A stretch of 63,197 nucleotides of DNA, filler included, from Octopus bimaculoides (taxonomy: Eukaryota), in assembly GCF_001194135.2 (NCBI RefSeq). It is 3 parts of 3 records of this genome, joined end to end, with 100 filler letters (N's around TTAATTAATTAA, not from the genome) between each part and the next. Parts side by side here need not be neighbours in the genome. Positions count along the whole stretch, not along the records: positions 1 to 30,633 come from NC_068996.1; 2 more parts are not named here. One strand, written 5' to 3'. The position numbers and the translations under genes were made by a program. How positions within the stretch are numbered: position 1 is the stretch's first letter; the number at the start of each line of letters is the position of its first letter. Below, piece after piece: positions 12,760-27,070 of this stretch. The notes under the pieces are model-generated. The model searched no databases. It worked only from the letters and a program-made list of their open reading frames with translations, and was not told the DNA's origin.

Positions 12760-13862
12760 ATGGGATGTGATGGGCAAATTGTCGCCATTTTACATTTTTT
12801 ATTTCGCGCATGGTTACTGCTTGTTTTTTTTTTCATTTAGTGCACTACACAATATAGTAGGGTCAGTTGGTCACCGTCAGTGAGAAAAACAGCATCAAGA
12901 TGCAATTCACTCTACCAGAAATTTAGAAATAACATGCTGTACTGCTTGGTATTTGGGCCGGTAGCTCCAATACGAACATTTCAGAGTGCTTGGGTGTCAA
13001 TCTGAGGACAGTGCAGAGGATTCGGAAAGAGTTGGATGAGTCTAATGGTATCTGCGAAGACATGGCAGCTCTGAAAACTTACTCTGATTGTTCTGATAAG
13101 AAAATAACTCCTAAATTTGTTGGTGAGATCCAGGCCGTGATTGACAACGATCCCTCCAAGTCAGTCAGTGGGAATGACTGAGTTTCTTATCAGGTAGGTA
13201 GTGCATGAAGACATTCAGTATTCCTCATACAAGATGAGAAAGGGCCAATTTTGATCCCAAGCCGTCAAGGAGAAGAGGGAAGACCGCACTAGGAAGCATT
13301 TGAACAAACTCAAGCATCCCCTCCAACCAAACATGTCTTGGTTTTCTCTGACGAGAAAAATTTTTGCCAGGATCAGATGGTGAACAAAGAGAACAACCAT
13401 TACCTTGCCGTGTACCCAAAACATGTGCCAGGAGTGATAAAAATCAAACATCCAGTCAACGTCATGGGGTTTGGAGTGATCACTAGTGATGGCGATGTTA
13501 TGCCTCCATCCATCTTCCCACACAGCCTCAGACTCAAAACGAAGGCCTACATCAAGTGCCTGGAGGAGGTAGTGCTGGAAGGCTCTACGTCTGGCAACAT
13601 GACTCTACACCATAGCACACAAGCAGAAGAAACAAGGCATGGCTGTCAGATATTTTCTGCGATCACATCATCCCTAACATGTGGCCACCTAACTTCTCCC
13701 ACTGCAACCTCCTTCATTATTATATGTGGAGCGCAGTTGAGCGAGAGTCCAACAAATTTTCTTGTAACAACGAAGATGAACTAAAGGCAAAGATTATGGC
13801 AGCATTCAACAAATTAAACAAGGAGATCGTCCAGAAGAGAGGCAGGAGAAACCGAAGTCGTC
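12760..13862 (+). mobile_element. Degenerate Tc1/mariner transposase, maT (DD37D)
   Basis: HTH region LGVNLRTVQRIRKEL; FSDEKNF (first D); YVWQHDS (second D) followed by 37 residues to the third-D position (now H) in WPPNFSHCNLLHYYMW. Frameshifted; 3' end fused to a SINE A tip at ~13862-13915. Confidence 0.88.
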
Positions 13863-13934
13863 TCGAGTTAGTGCTCCAGCATGGCCACATTTCGTGACTG
13901 AAACAAAAAGGTAGAAAAATTATGTACGGTAGAG

Positions 13935-14960
13935 ATACATATATACATATATATACATGTATGTATGTATGTATGTATGTATGTATGCATGTGTGTATGT
14001 ATGTATGTATGTGTATGTATGTGTGCATGTATGCATGTGTGTATGTATGTATGTATGCGTGTGTATGTGTGTGTATGTATGTGTGTGTATGCATGCATGT
14101 ATGTATGTGTGTATATGTATGTACGTATGTGTGTGTATGTATGTATGTATGTATGTATGTGTGTGTATGTATGTATGTATGTATGTATGTATGCATGTAT
14201 GTGTGTATGTATGTATGCATGTGTGTATGTATGTATGTATGTATGTGTGTATGTATGTGTGNNNNNNNNNNNNNNNNNNNNNNNNNNNNNNNNNNNNNNN
14301 NNNNNNNNNNNNNNNNNNNNNNNNNNNNNNNNNNNNNNNNNNNNNNNNNNNNNNNNNNNNNNNNNNNNNNNNNNNNNNNNNNNNNNNNNNNNNNNNNNTG
14401 TATGTATGTATGCATGTGTGTATGTATGTATGTATGCGTGTGTATGTGTGTGTATGTATGTGTGTATGCATGTATGTATGTATGCATGCATGTACGTGTG
14501 TGTGTGCGCGCGTGCATACGTGCGTACGTGTGTGCGTGTGAATATATTTGTAGGCATGTATGAATTATGCATGTGTGTAAGTATGAATGTATGTAAATAT
14601 GTATGCATGTATATGTGTGTGTAAGCATGTATGTAAGAATTATGCATGTGTGTACGCATGTTTGTATGTGTATATGAAGCATGTCTGTATGTATATATGT
14701 GTGTGTGTGTGCGCATGTATATATGATTGTATGTATGTATGTATTTATGTTTGTATGTAAGTAGGTATGTATGTATTTATGTATGTATTTATATATATGT
14801 GCATGTAGTTTTTGTTTTTTTATTTATATGTATGAATGTATATATGTATGTATACGTATCTGTTCTTATGTATTTATGTATGTGTCTGTATGTATGCATG
14901 AATGCATGCATGTTTTATAAGTGTGAGTGCGTGTGTGTGTGTGCATGTGTGTGTTGAATC
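13935..14960. repeat. Long degenerate (TATG)n/(TG)n microsatellite with N gap
   Basis: Direct reading; source of several spurious ORFs. Confidence 0.95.
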
Positions 14961-16161
14961 GTTTATTTATTTAATCCGTAGCTCTACCATTTCTCTTGTT
15001 TATTTGTTCTGTCATCATCGGTCTCTATACTACCTCCACCGACGTCAAACAATATTAATGGGGNNNNNNNNNNNNNNNNNNNNNNNNNNNNNNNNNNNNN
15101 NNNNNNNNNNNNNNNNNNNNNNNNNNNNNNNNNNNNNNNNNNNNNNNNNNNNNNNNNNNNNNNNNNNNNNNNNNNNNNNNNNNNNNNNNNNNNNNNNNNN
15201 NNNNNNNNNNNNNNNNNNNNNNNNNNNNNNNNNNNNNNNNNNNNNNNNNNNNNNNNNNNNNNNNNNNNNNNNNNNNNNNNNNNNNNNNNNNNNNNNNNNN
15301 NNNNNNNNNNNNNNNNNNNNNNNNNNNNNNNNNNNNNNNNNNNNNNNNNNNNNNNNNNNNNNNNNNNNNNNNNNNNNNNNNNNNNNNNNNNNNNNNNNNN
15401 NNNNNNNNNNNNNNNNNNNNNNNNNNNNNNNNNNNNNNNNNNNNNNNNNNNNNNNNNNNNNNNNNNNNNNNNNNNNNNNNNNNNNNNNNNNNNNNNNNNN
15501 NNNNNNNNNNNNNNNNNNNNNNNNNNNNNNNNNNNNNNNNNNNNNNNNNNNNNNNNNNNNNNNNNNNNNNNNNNNNNNNNNNNNNNNNNNNNNNNNNNNN
15601 NNNNNNNNNNNNNNNNNNNNNNNTTTTTATTTCAAACATTTTAACCTTATTTTTTTTATATAAATTTATTAAATTTACTTTTTGGTGCGCGTGAGCATGT
15701 ATAGCAGGAAGGAGAGACTTAATATGGCTTCCTTCGTAAATGAATACTTTAGCTCTTCTTCTTCTCTTTCTTCTTCATCTTCATCATCTCCTGCTGCTCC
15801 CCTACTTCTCTTCCTCCTCCTCCTCCTCCTCCTCCTCCCCATCCTCCTTCCCATTCTCCTCCCATCCTCTTCCTCCTCTCCTCTTCTTCCTCCCCCCATC
15901 CTCTTTTTCCTCCTCCTCCTCCTTCTTCTCTTCCTCTTCCTGTCTGATACTCTGTCTCCCTCTCACTCTATTTTTTATATTTCCCCCTTATATCCATATG
16001 TCTAGAAACATTCACTTATAAGCATATAACTGTAGAGCTATCGTCGTCTTATACACATGCAAATAGTTTTATGTAATACATGAATATTCATACATGCATA
16101 TATGTATGTGTGTGTGTTTGTGTGTGTGTGATTGCGTACGTTTCTATGCGTGCATGAACGC

Positions 16162-16192
<31 letters not shown>

Positions 16193-16411
16193 CACGCACA
16201 CGCGTTTATATATACATATATATATCTGTATATAACTATGTATATATACACATATACACATATATATGTATATATATATATATGTATATATATGTACATA
16301 TATGTATATATATATATACATATATATACATATACATACATATATATAAATATATATATACACATATATATATATACATGTATATATATATATAAATATA
16401 TATATATAAAT

Positions 16412-16454
<43 letters not shown>

Positions 16455-16465
16455 TNNNNNNNNNN

Positions 16466-16520
<55 letters not shown>

Positions 16521-16755
16521 ATCATTATATATATATATATATATATATGTAGATATGAATTGCGTCATTACATATGTAGACATATGTATATTTAGGCGTA
16601 CCTTTGTTCATAGATATGTATGTATATACTCATTATTTATGTAACATGTATCTATCATTATATTTATCTATCTATATATATATATTTGTATATATGTATG
16701 TGTATACGCATATACATACGTATATATATGTGTGTGTGTGTGTGTGTATGTGTGT

Positions 16756-16791
<36 letters not shown>

Positions 16792-17364
16792 GCATATGTT
16801 TATATATACATGTACACACACACAAACACAAATATATACGAAAAAGAATACGGAAAAATTGACATATGGACATTAATTTGAGACAAATTCACGTTCAAAC
16901 ACTCTCATACACAGAAAACCTATAATTGTTTCCCCACCCAATTAATTCAAATAAGAAAAATTAAAACAAAGATTCTTATTGAATATAGTTAATTAAGCAT
17001 TTCGTAGAGGTCAAAAGTAACTACATTCCAAAGTGTTAATTGATCATTGGTTGCCTCAGCATTAAATTTAGATACATGCGCATATGCATTTTAATGTATT
17101 AAAAAAAAAAAACGTTAGTTGTGTATATGTAATTTTGTTTTATTATTTATTACTTAATGTATTTGTGTGCGTGCATGTGTTAATGTGATGGAAACGAAGG
17201 AGCCGTTACTTTAACTATGTACCACATGACCCTAACGAAATTCAGTTTATTTGCATGACATGGTAGCTGTATATTACGCTAGCAAGATTTGTGTACAATA
17301 TATTTTTTAATATTATTTTATTTTTCATTGTGATAATATCCATGATGCGCTTTGTACTCTTTGA

Positions 17365-18112
<748 letters not shown>

Positions 18113-18113
18113 T

Positions 18114-18145
<32 letters not shown>

Positions 18146-18157
18146 TATATTGTTTAT

Positions 18158-18255
18158 TCTTTTCTACTCTAGGCACAATGTCCGAAATTTTGGGGGAAGG
18201 GCTAGTCGATTAGATTCACCCCAGTACACAGCTGGTACTTAATTTATCGACTCCG
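18158..18255 (-). mobile_element. SINE family B, 3' half
   Basis: ttctactctaggcaca..aaattttggggga..agtcgattagat..ccccagta..ctggtacttaatttatcga. Confidence 0.8.
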
Positions 18256-18769
18256 ATAAATACATTAAATAATAATAAAACAAATACATTAAATATTAAT
18301 AAAACAAAACCACATACACAAAAGTAACGGCTTTTAAAGATACATTTGAATGCACAAACGCACACATCTAAATTTAATACTGAGTCAACCAATGATCAAT
18401 CAACACATTGGGATGTAGTTCCTTTTTCTATCAAATTCTGACTCCGACGAAATGCTCAATTAACTATTTTCAATAAGAATCTTTAATTAAATTTTTCTTT
18501 TTTGAATTAATTGGACATGGAAACATTTGTAGGTTCTATGAGTTTGATATTGTTTGAAATTAGATTTGTTTTAATAAATAGATGTTTATATTTCAATTTC
18601 TTCGTTTTCTTTTTCTTATACATAAATGATGATATACCCATATCTATCAATGTAAAGCAAACATCTTTTAATATTTCATTGGTATACTAAATAAAAGCGG
18701 GGTACTGGGATGCTGACATCCCTTTAAGAGGTATTTATATCATTGAAATAATTAACTATATACATACAT

Positions 18770-18816
<47 letters not shown>

Positions 18817-18989
18817 TACATATATTCTTTTATTCTTTTATGCGCTCCCGCCCAATGGCTGTGGCCATCGAAGCGCAATACTAGTGTTCTCACCTTTTCA
18901 ATAGCCATTCTTTTGTGTTTGGCTTTTTTTGTTCACTGGTAGTGAACAGCTAACACTGTAGTACACATCTCCAGCGTCAGAAGGTGTGC

Positions 18990-19037
<48 letters not shown>

Positions 19038-19314
19038 NNNNNNNNNNNNNNNNNNNNNNNNNNNNNNNNNNNNNNNNNNNNNNNNNNNNNNNNNNNNNNN
19101 NNNNNNNNNNNNNNNNNNNNNNNNNNNNNNNNNNNNNNNNNNNNNNNNNNNNNNNNNNNNNNNNNNNNNNNNNNNNNNNNNNNNNNNNNNNNNNNNNNNN
19201 NNNNNNNNNNNNNNNNNNNNNNNNNNNNNNNNNNNNNNNNNNNNNNNNNNNNNNNNNNNNNNNNNNNNNNNGCGCTCGGTAGTGAAGTGAAAGCACGTTA
19301 TAAAAATAAAACTA

Positions 19315-19389
<75 letters not shown>

Positions 19390-19596
19390 CCTTTTTACTC
19401 AAGGTACAAGGCTTGAAATTTGTGGGTGGAGGGACTAGTCGATTACAAAGCCCCCCAGTGTATCACTGGTACTTCACTTATCGACCTTGAAAGGATGAAA
19501 AATAAAGGCACTTCTAAACATTGAGGTGTCAAGTCTCGTTATGACACCGCTAAGCTTTTCGCCTGGCATGCTAAGGATTCTGCCGGTTCGCCACTT
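19390..19596 (-). mobile_element. SINE family B with an internal replacement at ~19511-19546
   Basis: Reverse complement of family B from tail to head; the B-box region is replaced by a foreign segment. Confidence 0.8.
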
Positions 19597-19826
19597 TAGA
19601 AGACAATGTGATAATAATAATGCCTTTTGCCGTATTTTTGCAGTCAAGTATTTATGGAAGGATGATGCAAATTTAGTTCAACCGTTAACTCCATGTCGTA
19701 TTCATTACATTTTTGCGGGATCCGGAACGGCAAGTTTCTTCTGCAAAGTAAAGAAGCAACATTCTAAGAATCATTAGTAACAACATTGGTTCTTTATTCA
19801 AGGGTGATTAAACACTTTAACAAATA

Positions 19827-20687
19827 CAGGGTGTTCCAAATGTCACTGATGGGTTTCAATTTTTAATAACTTCCTTAAGTCTACAAATAAATTCATGAAA
19901 TTTTGATACAATATAAAGGACATAATGGAAATTAATATACACAAGTCAAATTTTGCAACACCACTACATCAAAAATGACATTACTTAAATAGCAGCCATT
20001 TTTGGCTTTGCATCTCCATGCTCTTTCCAAAACCTGCATCATAACACTCTCAAGAGTTTCAGACCCCACTTCTCTGATTTCTCTATTACTGTTCTCCTTC
20101 AGTTGCACCAAGGTCTCCAGTTTGTTGACGCAAACTCTCTCTTTCAGGTATTCATACTAGGAAGAATTCGGGCTTGTCAAGTCTGGGGAACGTGAAGGCC
20201 AGTTGGCATTGCCATAGAGAGAGATTATTCTCCCTCCAAAGCACTGCCATAGCAACTGCATTGTTTCTTTTGTGGTATGAGCACTTGCCCCATCTTGCTG
20301 GAACCTTGTGCGAGGTCTACTTTGAATGGCCTTCACGTTCCCCAGACTTGACTAGCCGGATTTTTTCGTGTGGGGATACCTGAAAGAGAGGGTTTACGTC
20401 AACAAACCGGAGACCCTGGTGCAATTTGAAGGAGAACATCAATAGAGAAATCAGAGAAGTGGGGTCTGAAACTCTTGAGGGTGTTATGGTGCAAAATTTA
20501 GAAAGAGCACGGGCGTGAGAAGTCTAAAATTGCTGCCATTTAAGCGATGTCATTTTTGCAAAATTTGACTAGTGCATATTAATATCCATTATGTTCTTTA
20601 TATTGTATCAAAATTTCATGCATTTATTTGTAAAATTATGGAAGTTATTAAAAATTGAAACCTATCAATTACTTTTGGGACACCCTG
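19827..20687. mobile_element. Fold-back Tc1/mariner derivative (DD41D, rosa/Visitor-like) made of two inverted right ends
   Basis: TA flanks at 19825-26 and 20688-89; TIRs cagggtgttccaaa / tttgggacaccctg. Both arms encode WPSRSPDLT..YLKERVYVNKPETL. The minus arm reads FQQDGASAHT plus 41 residues to the third-D position (now N). Confidence 0.9.
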
Positions 20688-20834
20688 TATTAAGTTTAGC
20701 ATTTCCTTTACAGCAACATTGCTAGAATGCACTTATATATTCATAGCGGAAATGTTGCTAATTTTATTAATTTGTTTGTTTATTTGTTATTGAAGGATCT
20801 CTCCGAACTCTTTCCATAAGCGTATACTGAAACA

Positions 20835-21320
<486 letters not shown>

Positions 21321-21333
21321 ATATGGCATATGG

Positions 21334-21540
21334 CGTATGGCGTAGTGGTTAAGAGCGCGGGCTACTATCCCCAAGATTCCGAGTTCGATTCCAGGTACTT
21401 TAGGAATGAGAACCCAGGTTTGAAATTTCCCCAAGACACCTGATGAAGGCTGGAGAGTTTATCAGCCGAAACGTTGTGTTAGCAACAACCAAGATAAGGA
21501 CAAATATCCGTCAAATGTAAATAAAGTAAATATTGTACTA
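21334..21540 (+). mobile_element. tRNA-headed SINE (family C), internally deleted copy, inverted partner of 20835-21320
   Basis: A box 21338-21348, B box 21381-21392, joined directly to the tail at 21397/21398; tail is the reverse complement of ~20862-21002. Confidence 0.8.
21435..21480 (+). ncRNA. Minimal type I hammerhead ribozyme motif (dimeric type)
   Basis: GACAC 21435-39, CUGAUGA 21440-46, stem II GGCUG/CAGCC, GAAA 21468-71, predicted cut after GUU (21475), stem I partner GUGUU 21476-80. Confidence 0.72.
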
Positions 21541-22311
21541 AAACAGTTTAATGTATATTACTTAATATGGTTAAATGATCACACACACACACGCACACAC
21601 ACACACAAACACGCACGCACACGCACACACACAAATACAAATACACACATACATACATACATACATACATAAATACATACATACATACATAAATACATAC
21701 ATGCATACATACATACATGCACATATACAGGACGTCTTGAAATAAATTGAATAACATACATAGGTTGGAACACTTGGTTTTGTAAGCGAAGCTATCAGTC
21801 TGGATGGGATTGAATTTTCAGAAAAAAAAAAAGAAAGATCTACCATTCGTACATTACAATTGCAATCTGTAAGCGGAACAGTAAGTCTATGCAAGACTTT
21901 TCTCAGATGTAACATGTGACTTTGTTTTAGTTATCTACATTTCAGAAATGGGGATTTTTATCTTTGTTAGAAACCAACTCCTTCTTCAGAAGATAACTTT
22001 AAATGATTGAAAACGGAAAAGACATACATGCATGCATATACATGCATGCGCGTGTATTTATATGCAGTGGTGTTGTGTGTGTGTGTGTGTGTGTGTTTGT
22101 ATGTCGATGAGAAAACCGGAAAAGAAACAGTACTTTCAAAAATATAGTAACAATAGCTTATTGAGCGTTTTTTCTGTCCGTTTGGCTCAACTGTGTTGTC
22201 ATCGTTGTCATCAGAAATGAGCTAAGTGACTGATGGCTTTCAAGGAAATATAAAACAACTGACGCTGTTGTTCGCAAGTTTGGGGCAGATAATTATGAAT
22301 TATATAATTTA

Positions 22312-22696
22312 GGCGTAGGAGTGGCTGTGTGGTAAGTAGCTTGCTTACCAACCACATGGTTCCGGGTACAGTCCCATAGCGTGGTACCTTGGGAAAGTGT
22401 CTTCTACTATAGCCTCGGGCCGACCAAAGCCTTGTGAGTGGATTTGGTAGACAGAAACTGAAAGAAGCGCGTCGTATATATGTATATATATATAGATCTC
22501 TACCAAATATGTTGTCTGTTGTTTGCTGTCTGCTGTGAATTAATGTAACTTGACCCTGAAGAGATGCAAGACCCCATATTCTTATCTCAGACAAGAGTGA
22601 GTCGGGATCTTGCATTGAAATATGCATAGGTTATTAAACAAGTTTTACTATGGATTGCGTTATGGTTCTTATTTAAATTGATATATATATATATGT

Positions 22697-22733
<37 letters not shown>

Positions 22734-22945
22734 TGTGTCTGTGTTTATCCCCCCACCATCGCTTGACAGCCGATGCTGGTGTGTTTACCTCCCCGTAACT
22801 TAGGGGTTCGGCAAAAAGATACCGCTAGAATAAGTACTAGGCTAACAAAGAATAAGTCCTGGGGTCGATTTGCTCGTCTAAAGGTGGTGCTCCAGCATGG
22901 CCACAGTCAAATGACTGAAACAAGTAAAATAGCAAAAGAGAGTAA
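22312..22945 (+). mobile_element. SINE family A, full length, with a 186-bp insertion in its internal (TA)n
   Basis: Head at 22312-22475 and 3' half at 22730-22945 both match 5626-6036. Confidence 0.9.
22551..22633 (+). ncRNA. Type I hammerhead ribozyme motif with long stem II
   Basis: UGACC 22551-55, CUGAAGA 22556-62, stem II GAUGCAAGA/UCUUGCAUU (9 bp, extendable), GAAA 22617-20, AUA triplet 22626-28, stem I partner GGUUA 22629-33 (5/5 pairs including one G.U). Confidence 0.78.
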
Positions 22946-23282
22946 ACTTATTTATCGACTAGGTGTGAATAGCTAAGAAGACACCGGTGAGATAGGCACC
23001 CGTAAACGTTGAGGTGTCAAGTCTCGTTATGACAATTGATCCATTTAACCTCGCATTTTTTCAAGTGTTCTCATCACCATTACTATCATCGTAATTATTG
23101 TTCTAGCAAAGAACGATTCTATGACAAACTCGTTCGAGCACCGGGAAAAAACCATGCGGTATATAGTTAGGGTGCTTTACATTTTAACTTCATATCTCGC
23201 CGATGTCAACTTTGCTTTTCATTCCTTTACTGTAAAGTATAATTTTAACTTAGCAACATTTTGTTGAGAATATAACAGAGCA

Positions 23283-23425
23283 AGTCCGCCGAGCTCAACT
23301 TTGCCTTTCATCCTTTCGGGGTCGATAAATTACGAACCAGTTGCGTACTGGTGTCAATCTAATCGACTGACCCCCTCCCCCAAAATTTCAGTCCCTGTGC
23401 CTAGAGTAGAAAAGAATATAATAGA
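23283..23425 (+). mobile_element. SINE family B, 3' two-thirds
   Basis: tccgccgag..ctttgcctttcatcctttcggggtcgataaat..caaaatttca..tgcctagagtagaaaaga. Confidence 0.85.
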
Positions 23426-23680
23426 GGAAATTAGCTCGCAAAATCTATTTAACCACTCTTACCTGTACTAAAAATCTCTCTTGCATAAACGGTTGTTTCT
23501 TTTACGCCACTGCGCTAATTGCAAGTATTACGACTGTTAAAGAAGCTTCTCTTTTTGCACCAGTAATTATTATAGTTGCTGCTACTGTTGGTGTCAACAG
23601 AATAACGTTCCAGTCAAGTACTGAGGTCGTTGTCATCGACTAAAGCCCTTTCCTAGAAGTTGTCGCCCTTTATTTATAAA

Positions 23681-23830
23681 ATGGCGGCGGATTAACAGAC
23701 TCGGTAAAACGTCAGAAATTATGCTTTCCAAATATTATTTATGTTCAGCGTTCAAATTTCGCTGAGGTAAACTTATCGTTTTAATACTTCTGGGACCGAT
23801 AAAATAAAGCACCAGTCCAGTACTGAGCTT
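23681..23830 (+). mobile_element. Degenerate SINE family B
   Basis: ggcggcggattaacagactcg..gttcaaatttcgctgagg..gataaaataaagcaccagt. Confidence 0.6.
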
Positions 23831-24500
23831 TTGTAAACTGCCAAACCCCCATGGCAAAATTTCTCATTTTGTATCTATTTTCGAAAATAAAACAAGACGA
23901 TGGACGTGTATGTGTCTTTCTAGAAGCTAAAAATATCAACCAAATCAACCTGCAACTTACTAGCAAAAACCTAATTCAATATGGAGGACTGGGATACACT
24001 TTTACCTGAATACAAAAACACAGATAGTTTTAGTTTGAACGTTTTGATCGTAATTCAACTTGATCATAACCCACATCTGACTGGACAATATACATGAAAG
24101 AGAATGTTTACGTGTTTTATATTCTTTGTTTTATATTCTTTACGTGTTATATATTCTTTGCCGAATTCTCAGGTTATAAAGACGTACAGAAGCTAACTTT
24201 CCTTATCACTGCTCGATTTCTGTGCGCGCATGTGGACAATAACAACACCATTGTTTGAGTTGTTAAGCTTTACACAATTGCGCCATCGGCTCTAAATCGC
24301 AACCGAATCTACTTCTTACAACTTCTCACTGTCATGAAATAAAACGGAACGATATATTGGATGACTTTGTTCTAGATGTTGAGGTATATACAGACAAGAA
24401 AAGCAAAACTGGATGGTGATGGCTGGAATATTATTGAACTTAGGTCTGTTCGATGAGGTAAATCATCATCATCATCAGCATCATCATCATCATCATCATC

Positions 24501-24570
<70 letters not shown>

Positions 24571-25123
24571 GCTAGAAATATAATTCGTCGACCAAAAGTA
24601 AGAATCTATATCCAGTTGTACACCGTGCAAAAAATAGAAACCAAATAACTCCAGTATCACATAATAGTGCCTTTAAAACAAGGTGACATGCATGATTGTG
24701 TAAAAAAAAAAACAAAAAAAAAACATTGCTTATAACATTCACTCATATCCTGATATTGTATAAAATTTCGAACTTTCATGATAATTATGATTGAATATTG
24801 AAAGCCATTATCTAGGATATATAAAGATGGGAGGCTTAAGGCTTGAATGCCTACTGGATCAGACTATAGGAAATACCCCTTAGCCGAGTAGACACTTTTT
24901 GTTTTGTGAGGGTTTCAAATAGCTTTTGCAAAGTAACGTTGCATTATTTTATTAACCAAATAATGATAAAATATCAGAGTTATTCCTGGTGGATAATTTG
25001 ATGCCAGCACATAAAACGGACGAGAGAAAATACTGCCAGTTATTAACTGTAGTACGCTATTGTTTCTGGAATAATACACAACCCTTATTATGATCGTCGT
25101 AAAGAATGCAATGATATCCGTGT

Positions 25124-25172
<49 letters not shown>

Positions 25173-27070
25173 GTTTGCGCTCACATGCATGTGCGCGTGT
25201 GTTTTCTTTCGAAAGTTATTCGACTTAAAACTCTGTACATAACGTGAGCTAATAACAACAACTCAGTTAGTGTGCTCGTGAGGTCGAAATAAAAGGTTAC
25301 TTGTTTAAATTCTGAATTATTATTCGCTTAACAGTTATCTCAATTTTGTTTACACGCTTAACAGTTGACTTGAGGCAATGTTTTGAAGGATTTTGAAAGG
25401 AAGGAGCTAGACAATAGTTGTGATATATTTGAAATAGAAAAGAGAGAGTACTCTGATACTTCAATGCTTAATTAATGTAGTATTATCGACTGCAATAGAA
25501 GCAGCATGTCAGGTTACAGAGCGAAACACACACACCACAAACGACTCCTACACTCTTCACACGCATGTGCGTTCAGCACACACACACACGCACACACACA
25601 CAACACACGCACACAACACAACCATAAAAGAAGCATACATATACACACATGTGTATGAGTATATAAATTTATATATATACATACATACTTATATACATAC
25701 ACACATACTGTATATACTGTATATATATTTATATATCATATACAACAGAAATGCAACACGCAAATGTATATACTTNNNNNNNNNNTATATATATATATAT
25801 ATATATATGTATATACATACATACTTATATACATACACACATACTGTATATACTGTATATATATTTATATATCATATACAACAGAAATGCAACACGCAAA
25901 TGTATATACTTATGTATGCGTATGAGTGCGCGTGAGCGTGTGTATATTTGTGTGTTTGTGCAAGGAGACAGTTCACGTGTCATTATATTTCTGCATGTGC
26001 TGAGTAGAGTTTATTAAGAATTAGAAGTCTGATAGATATATCTTGTCATCTTATTTTCAAGCAAAAGGTAAAAATTGTATTGTTAAATATAAGGAGTCGA
26101 AGAAAGGCACTAAAATGAAATACATAAAATAAAAGCAAGCATAGTATTTGAATTCGATAGTGTAAATTACTTTGATCAAGGAAACCCATGAGTAATGTGG
26201 GTCCAAGTTTGACCAACCCATTTTTCTCCTCGAGTATCATATATCAGCCACTGTATTAGCTGTTTTATCCACTATTTTCAAAAACAGCATGATATATGAT
26301 GAGCTACAGGCTGCTGCTTTAAACAGATTGCTACAACCTTAAATCCAACAAAATACTCGGCATTGTGGATTGAAAAAACATTGCAATTTCAATTCACTTT
26401 CATTCCTAAGGTACTTGTAATAACCATAAGCGTCACAATGCCATACTTGTGCTCAGGTATAAAGACTTGATTTTCATGGTTATGTAAGATTACTGTTTTA
26501 ATATACTGTATGAAACCATTTTACACCATTGCCGTCAGCGAAATATTTCCGGAGTATTATAGATATTTATGGGCACAAGATAGACAGAAAACCAATTTAC
26601 AACAAATATATTCTCATACATCAATCAAAACTGTTATTGTCAAGATAAAACTATTTAATCTCTTTTCTGAACCCCTACTGATGAAAGGGTCCTGAAAGGT
26701 TGTCTTATAAGCTTCTTCCTTAAAGGCAATAATAATAAATCCTTAAATCCAACAAAATACTCAGCATTTCAACAATTTTTCTCATTGATTTCAGCGATAA
26801 ACTGTACAAAATACAAATCTTACTTCGACATAGATTGAGATGCTGAAAATTAAATATCTTGTCCATAGACATGCCGTGATGCCACTGGTCAAATTATTTC
26901 TAGTAACAACTTATTTAATCGACTAAGTACATAAAAAGAACGTTAATTTTAAAATAGTTAGCTGAATGTTTATACATTTATATGTATATATATTTATATG
27001 TTTATACATTTATATGTTTCAGCCTTAAGGCTGTAGCCATGCTAGAGTACCGCCAGTGAAATATATTCCT

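Noticed and set aside
25673-25911. Exact ~103-bp duplication either side of a 10-N gap
   Set aside because: Typical unmerged contig overlap; probably an assembly artefact.
26676-26710. CUGAUGA..GAAA hammerhead-like motif
   Set aside because: Stem II is only 2-3 bp with an impossible loop, and no stem I or III pairing exists.
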